A stretch of 64,000 nt of DNA, from NCBI GenBank assembly GCA_025558095.1, contig JAIVFI010000016.1:1-64000 (forward strand), in the 5' to 3' direction. Shown piece by piece: positions 57,956-64,000 of this stretch. Origin of the DNA: Hyaloraphidium curvatum SAG 235-1. Taxonomy: Eukaryota > Fungi > Monoblepharomycota. The position numbers and the translations under genes were made by a program. Numbering within the stretch: the first letter of the stretch is position 1; each line of letters opens with the position of its first letter. Below the pieces are notes generated by a model. It saw only the letters and a program-made list of their open reading frames with translations. It ran no database searches and was not told the origin of the DNA.

Positions 57956-60447
57956 TCACACGACGTGCACCTTCCTCCACGTCCTCGCGGTCCGCAGCGT
58001 CTCCAGCGGCAGCGAAAACGCCACCAGCGCCGCGACGAAGAGGAGGCCGGAGCCGACCCAGGGAAGGAGGGCATTGTTCCACGGCACGCGGACCGAGAGG
58101 ATGGCGCCGGCGAGGAGCGGAGCGCAGACCTGTTAAGTAGGGATAAGCGGTGAGCAGAGATCGCGTGGGGAGGCGGAGGAGGGGGCGCACCTGCCCGATC
58201 CGGCCAAAGGCCATGCAGCACCCGTACAGGATGGTCCTGTAGCTGCTCTTGAACAGCTCCGGGGTGTACTGTTTCCCGCGACGGCGATCAGCCTCCTTTG
58301 CGGCCGTTCCCGGGCCCGGATCGACCCACCAGCCACAGCGCCGTGAGGCAGATCTGCAACAGCATGTTGTACGCCACGCTCGTCCCCAGCGTCCCGCCCA
58401 CCAGCGCCGTGTGGTTCGCCTCGGCGTACGCCGGGTCCGAGGCGAAGTAGGCGGTGACGCCGAAGCCGACGAGGGCGAGGGAGGTGCCGAGGGTCGCGAG
58501 GGACATGGAGCCGACGCGGCCGAGGGCGGGGAGGTCGAGGAGGTAGCGCGCGAAAAAGGCGGTGGGGATTGCGGCGACTGTGCGGAAGGGTCAGCGGGAT
58601 CCGGGGGTCCGGGAGGGAGGAATCAGTCACCGGTGTATATGATGAGGTCCCTGCGAGAGATCGGTAAGCAAACGGAGGGATGCGCGGGCCGCGGATGCCC
58701 ACCTGTAGACGTCCGACTCTTCCTGGAGCCCGAGGTTGGTCATGAGCACCGCCACGAACGAGCCGAACGAGGTCCAGCCAAAGCTATTGGGGACGCTCGG
58801 CGTCTGAGCCCAAGATCACAACCGCGCGCCTAGCCACCCACTTGGCAAAGAACCAAAACACGATCACCGTGATTGTCGTCCTCCTCAGCAGCGGATCCAC
58901 CGCGATGTTTTCGTTCCACATGTCCCTCAGCAGCCTGAACCCCGTCGCCAGCTCGTCGTAGAAGCCCCTCAGGAACGACACCTCCTCCCCCTTTTCCGCC
59001 TCGACCTCGACCTCCTTGCCGGCCGCCGCCGCCGCCTCGGCCGCCACCTGTGCCTCGAGGCCCATCCAGTCGCCCTCGACGACGGTGCCGCCGTTGTACT
59101 CGGCCACCCTGCGCATGTTCTCGACCGCCTCGCGGTAGCGCCCCTTGCTCACGAGGAAGTAGGGCGTCTCGTACAGCGGCAGCACGATCCTCCGGAGGGC
59201 GAGCATGACGAGGTTGAGCGACCCAAGGATCATGAGGTAGAGCCGCCAGCCGGCCTGGTCGTACGGGGGCGGGCCCCAGCTCATGTTGAGGGGGATCAGA
59301 ACCCACGCGAGGACCGAGGGGATCACGGAGCCGACGCTGAACATCATGTTCTGCGGGGGTGGGGTGAGATGATTGCGGCGGCGGTGCAGAGGAAGGGGGC
59401 CGACCATGTAGCTCAGCTTGGAGCCGTGGCTCTTGGGCACCCATTCCAGGAAGAGGCAAGTGTCGATAGCCACGTTGCCCCCGTACCCGGTCCCCAGGAA
59501 CACCACGAACACGCACACGAGCCTGTCGGACGAAAAGATCCAGCTCCCGCCCGTGCCACGGTCCCAAAGCGATGCCCCTCACCAGTAGTACGGCATCGCG
59601 CCCACGCAGATCCCCCAGAATCCGCAGAACCCCAGCGTCAGCTTGAAAGTGATCGTGCGCCCCAGGCGCGCGGAGAAGAAGCCCCAGAAGAGCTCGCCGA
59701 CGATGGCGCCGGCGGTGAAGAGGGAGAGGAGGAGGCCGGTCTCGGCGGAGGAGACGCCGAAGGTGGATTGCAGGGCCGGCTGGATGTAGCTGACGGCGGT
59801 CCACCAGAACGAGTCGTTGAGCCACTGGAGGGAGGAGAGGGGGGTCGAGGTCAGCTTCACGGAATCGGATCACGCGGTTCATGACGCACCCCAAGTCCAC
59901 AGAGCCAGAACAGACGCCACTGGTATTTCCCGAAACCGCCTGGAGCGTAGAGGGGGAAATCAAGGCCGCGTGAGCCCCTGACCGCGGTCCGGCCACGGGG
60001 GACACCCACCGAGCTCCAGCGCGGCCTGCACCAGCGCATCGTCCGACGCCACCTCTGCCGCCGCGGCCGTCGTCGCCGCCTTTTCCAGGTCCGTCTTGGC
60101 GCCGGCCCCCGTGGTCGTGCGCAAGACCGACACGGAGGTGAGCGCGACCGACGCCAGCGGCGAGGAGTAGTATGCTCCCGGGATCGCGGGGTCGTTCGGG
60201 TGTCTGCGCATCGCGGGGCAGAGGCACGCGGCCGGGGCGGGAAGAGGCCTCCGATCAGTTTCCGATCGCCTGCGGTCCACCGGAGGCCCGTGTGTGCCCA
60301 CATCTCGAGGTACTTCTCGGACAGCGTCTCGGCCCGCGTCGGGGCACGCGTCGGGTACACCGAGCCGGCGGTGCCTGCGGGAGCGACGGTCGGGCGCGCC
60401 GCGGGGTCGTCGTCGCCGCCCGCGAGCGGCATCACGGGGGCGTCCAT
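57956..60447 (-). CDS. MFS transporter (SV2/SVOP-like), multi-intron
   Basis: GFGKYQWRLFWLCGLG, SARLGR, GGNVAID..FLEWVP, GWR, YETPYFLVSKGR, PELF..R..GRIG and LPLET. Confidence 0.9.
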
Positions 60448-61196
60448 GGTTGGGGCGGTTGGGGCGGGGGGGACGTCTGGGTGCTGTCGGTCAGGGTCCC
60501 TCCGAGACCCCGGTCCTCGCGCGGCGCAGTGCAGGAGGCCGCGCTAAGCATGAAAATCAAGGAACTAAAAGCTGAGCTAATATTCTCTCCGGATCGGCTG
60601 ACCAGAGCAAGATCGGGATGGGATGGACGCGGGATCGGAGGTCGCTACCGAAGACGTCTATACCACGATCGGGAAGAAGAACCACGCAGACCGACGACTC
60701 CATATGATGCCGAATGCACCGATTTACTAATGTTCTAAGATGTCGATGCCCAACGTCTACCTGACTCCGGTCCAAAACGAAGGATTTCGGGTTTCAAAAA
60801 CGTTGACTGGATGTCGGCTAATCGGCACGGGACATTCGCGCCGAGGCCAAAGCAGTCCCCGCCATCCGCGGGTCATCGCACGGTCGCCGTTGTACAGCGC
60901 AGCTCAGGCAAGCTGTACAATTGAGCCTTTGATACTCCAGAGTCCGGCTGTCGGGTGTGTTTGCCGTTGATTTGCCAGCCCCAAGCAGCGCCGACTGCGG
61001 CCGCCTGACGTCGATCGGTCATGTAGCACAGCCTGAGAATGCACGCGGCGGAGCATGCTGTGGGCTCATTGTTCATCGATGAGGGCACTAAAGCCTGGAA
61101 AGGCTCATGGGTATTTGACAGTCTGTACAAGCCAAAGGGTTGGTAGGGAAGCTCGTTCTGCAAGCCTACTCATCATCCCTCCGGCCAAGAGGACCT

Positions 61197-62108
61197 TCAC
61201 GACGAGATGGGCGGCGCCGCGTACATTTGCTGCGGCTGCTGGGCCACCGGGAACGCTTCCGGCTTGGCCTCCTGCTCCTCCGCACGCTCAAGTGCCACGG
61301 CGTCTCCCGAGATTGCGCTGCTAGCCTTGCGGGCCGCGACGAGCTTGATCCCCGTCGAGATGAGGCACAGACCGAGGGCGGCGGCGCCGCAACCGAGCCC
61401 GGGGCCGGCGGTGAAGGACTCGTAGGGGCCGACCTTGTTGCCCAGGTCGTTGTTCAGCCACGCCATCATCGAGAAGGTCTGGGGGGATCGGGGGTTCAGG
61501 CTTGACGAAAGTGCTTGCCAGTCAAGGCAGCTTACGGGGATGTAGATGACGGTCGCGAAGACGCTAGTGGCCAGCATCGGGAAGGGGTTCAGGAATGCCA
61601 GCGTGAGCACACCGAAGAAGAGGGTTGCCCCGGCGATGACTTGGAGGCAGACGATGGCGTAGAAGAGCGAAGTGCCGTAGTTGGCGACGAAGAAGGGCGA
61701 GTACCACCTGTTGGATCAATGATCAGTCTCGGCTCTCGACGACACAGGCGCGGAAGCCTGACCAGTTGTTCTGGACTGGATAAGGAGGTCCCGGTTAAGA
61801 TGTCGTGGTCGAAACAAGCGGGGAAGGCCACACACCAATGACGCTCGGCCCCACGGTCTGGTAGGACCACATGCCCGTCTTCAGGTCGACCGGGAGCGGC
61901 TGCGGCGGCACGCGGGCACCCGAGTACAGGCCCCAGTACAGCGAGGAGTTGGGCACCGGACCGGCGCCGGCGACAGCCATGAGAATGAGGAACGCTGCGC
62001 GGGGGGAGGTGAGTCGCCTCGGAGCCGGCGCCCGGGCCGTCGACGCCCACAAATATCGAGGAGCAGGCAGAGGGCGACAAGCCGGAAGCGCGTCGACTTG
62101 GTGTCCAT
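61197..62108 (-). CDS. Four-TM membrane protein (SUR7/PalI/claudin-like), 2 introns
   Basis: N-terminal TM, loop with YWGLY, three more TM segments, GPG before the last TM. Confidence 0.6.
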
Positions 62109-62462
62109 GTCAATGCAAGCGGGCGCCATCGTTCTCTGCTTCGGAGCGGTGCTAGATGTGTTCGAGTGTTCGGTGTGTTTTGTGACTCGATGGTGTTTGT
62201 GACTCGACGTTCAGCCAGGGACGAGGGACCCCAGGCTCTCACGTGATTTGCCGCATGTTACGTATGTGTTCCAAGCCTTCGGGGAAGGGAAGCCGGGTAA
62301 GGGACACTGCCGATGCCGACATCGATTTGTATATGCACGTGAGCCCACCACGACGTCTCCCGGCGCGCCGACAATGCATTCGACAACCGACGACATCAGA
62401 TGTCCAGCGGCGGCTCGCTCGCCTGCCTCAGCCTCCTCCTCCGCATCCAAAACGGCTCGTCG

Positions 62463-64000
62463 TCAGATCACCTCGGTCGCCCCCGCCGCGGGGGCCGGGG
62501 CCGGTCCCGCCGGGATGGCCGGCCCGTCCCCTTGGTCGTCGTCCGAAATTTCGATTGGTCCCTCCGCCCCGCCCTGTCCCGTTCCGGCGTCCGGAAGTCC
62601 ATGCGCGGGCGGCGTCGCGGGCTCGTCCTCGCTGTCGCTGGAAAGCACGATCGGCTCCTCGGCTTGCCGATGCTCCGGCGGCATTTCGTGACCGTCCCCG
62701 AACCCCAGCACCTCCCCGTCGTCCGCCCCGTCGCTCGGCAAATCGCACGGATCCGCCGGAGGCCCGTCCGCGTCCCGGACCATCGGCGCCTCGCTCCCGG
62801 GCGACGCCGACCGCCCCCCGCCGTCGGAAGCCACCATCGGCGCCTCGCTGCCCGACGGCCCGCCATCGGAATCCCGCCCATCCATCTCGTCGTCCGCCTC
62901 CCCCTCCGACCCATCCGAGGGCACCCACCCCGCCGAATCCTCAAGCCTTGGGGGCGCCGCGCGCGGCTCCCGCGGCGGCCTCGGCCTCGGGTGGGTTGCC
63001 GTCGCAGGTTCGCCGTCCGCGGCCGGGTCCAGGCCCTCCCCGAACCCCCTGCCGTACAACGCCACCGCGCCGCCCGCATGCCCCACGGCGAGCCACATCC
63101 CGTCTTCGGCACGCGCATCAGCCCCGCTCCACTTCGCGGTGCACGGGGAACACACCTTCCGACAGCGCCATCCTGCTCACGGGCTGGAACCTGCTCACCG
63201 CGCAGCCGACCACCCTGAACGGCCGCAAGGCCGCGAGTTCGCCCGCGGGGGTGCGGGTCTGCGCGGAGGCGGGGTCGTACATGTGCACGCGGCCGTCGGC
63301 GCCGCCGACCGCCAGCCGCGAGTCGGGGAACCACAGCGCGGACCTGAGGCCGCCCGAGACGTCGACGTTGCCTAGAGCGGGGATCGGCGGTCAGTGGTGC
63401 GCGGAGGACGGTCGCGGGGGGCGCGGTGAGGGTACCCTCGGTCAGATCGCGGTGGTCCAGCTCGGCGACCAAGGTCCCCGCCGACGCCTTCCTCCACGCC
63501 TTTTCGGCCTTCTTGCCCCGTGCCCCCAAAAGCAGCCCGCCGCTCCCCAGCACCTTTGCGGAATCGAACATCCGCGCCGTCCCGTCCGCGCCGAGAGTGA
63601 GCAGCCACCCCCCGCACGGCGAGAACGAGGCCTCGTTCAGGTCCTGCTGCCGGACGTGCAGCCGCCTGTGCACTTCCAGCTCCCCCGCGGGAGAGACGGA
63701 GAAGATGTGCATGACGCCATCGGATTCGGCGGGGCCGAAGTGGTCGGCGGTGGTGCACCCGACGGCGAGGTGCCGGCCGGAGGGGGAGAGCGCGAGGCAC
63801 GAGGCGGGGTAGGCGAGCTCGATCGGTTCGGGGCGGGGGGCGGAGGGGGATGGGAGGAAGGAGGTGAGCTGCGGTGGGGGGCGAAGGTGAGGTGCGTTTT
63901 GCGGGAAGGTTCAAGAAGGCGCACCAGGCCGTAGTGTTTCCTCTGGGAGACCAGCTTGGCCGATGCGGCGACGACCAGGCGGTTCCCGAACCAGAGCAGG
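62463..64000 (-). CDS. WD40-repeat protein with acidic disordered tail, 5' part outside window
   Basis: LNEASFSPCGGWLLTLGADGTARMFD and VGCEQVRFQPVSRMALSEGVFPVHREV..LAVG. Confidence 0.75.

Noticed and set aside
1-64000. tRNA, rRNA or telomeric repeats
   Set aside because: None recognised by eye. tRNAscan-SE and Infernal would be needed to exclude them.

Overview
GC-rich eukaryotic DNA, densely packed with about 35 genes. Introns are short (about 50-160 nt, GT-AG, CTGAC branch points). A Zn2Cys6 factor and the gene content point to a fungus, probably an early-diverging zoosporic lineage such as Monoblepharidomycetes (inference). Conserved genes that look intact after splicing: amidase, carotenoid oxygenase, histone H2A, TMEM135, cytochrome b561, lipase, SDR, malic enzyme, MFS transporter and a WD40 protein. 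Five observations stand out. (1) Five dispersed secreted-protein genes share a ~40-aa Cys/His module, RRxCxxC-x5-CEF-x9-HVACV-x8/9-LYRRY, bracketed by dibasic sites and fused to different payloads (1-2 PAN/apple-like domains or a bacterial-type propeller-like domain). (2) There are four copies of a TRAF-like RING/zinc-finger/MATH family, all disrupted or fragmentary. (3) A single-domain BacNav-like channel has the filter TLENWS. (4) A degenerate ~300-bp tandem array carries splice-like signals. (5) Several bacterial-type genes or domains are present. Exon boundaries were read by eye and no database searches were run.
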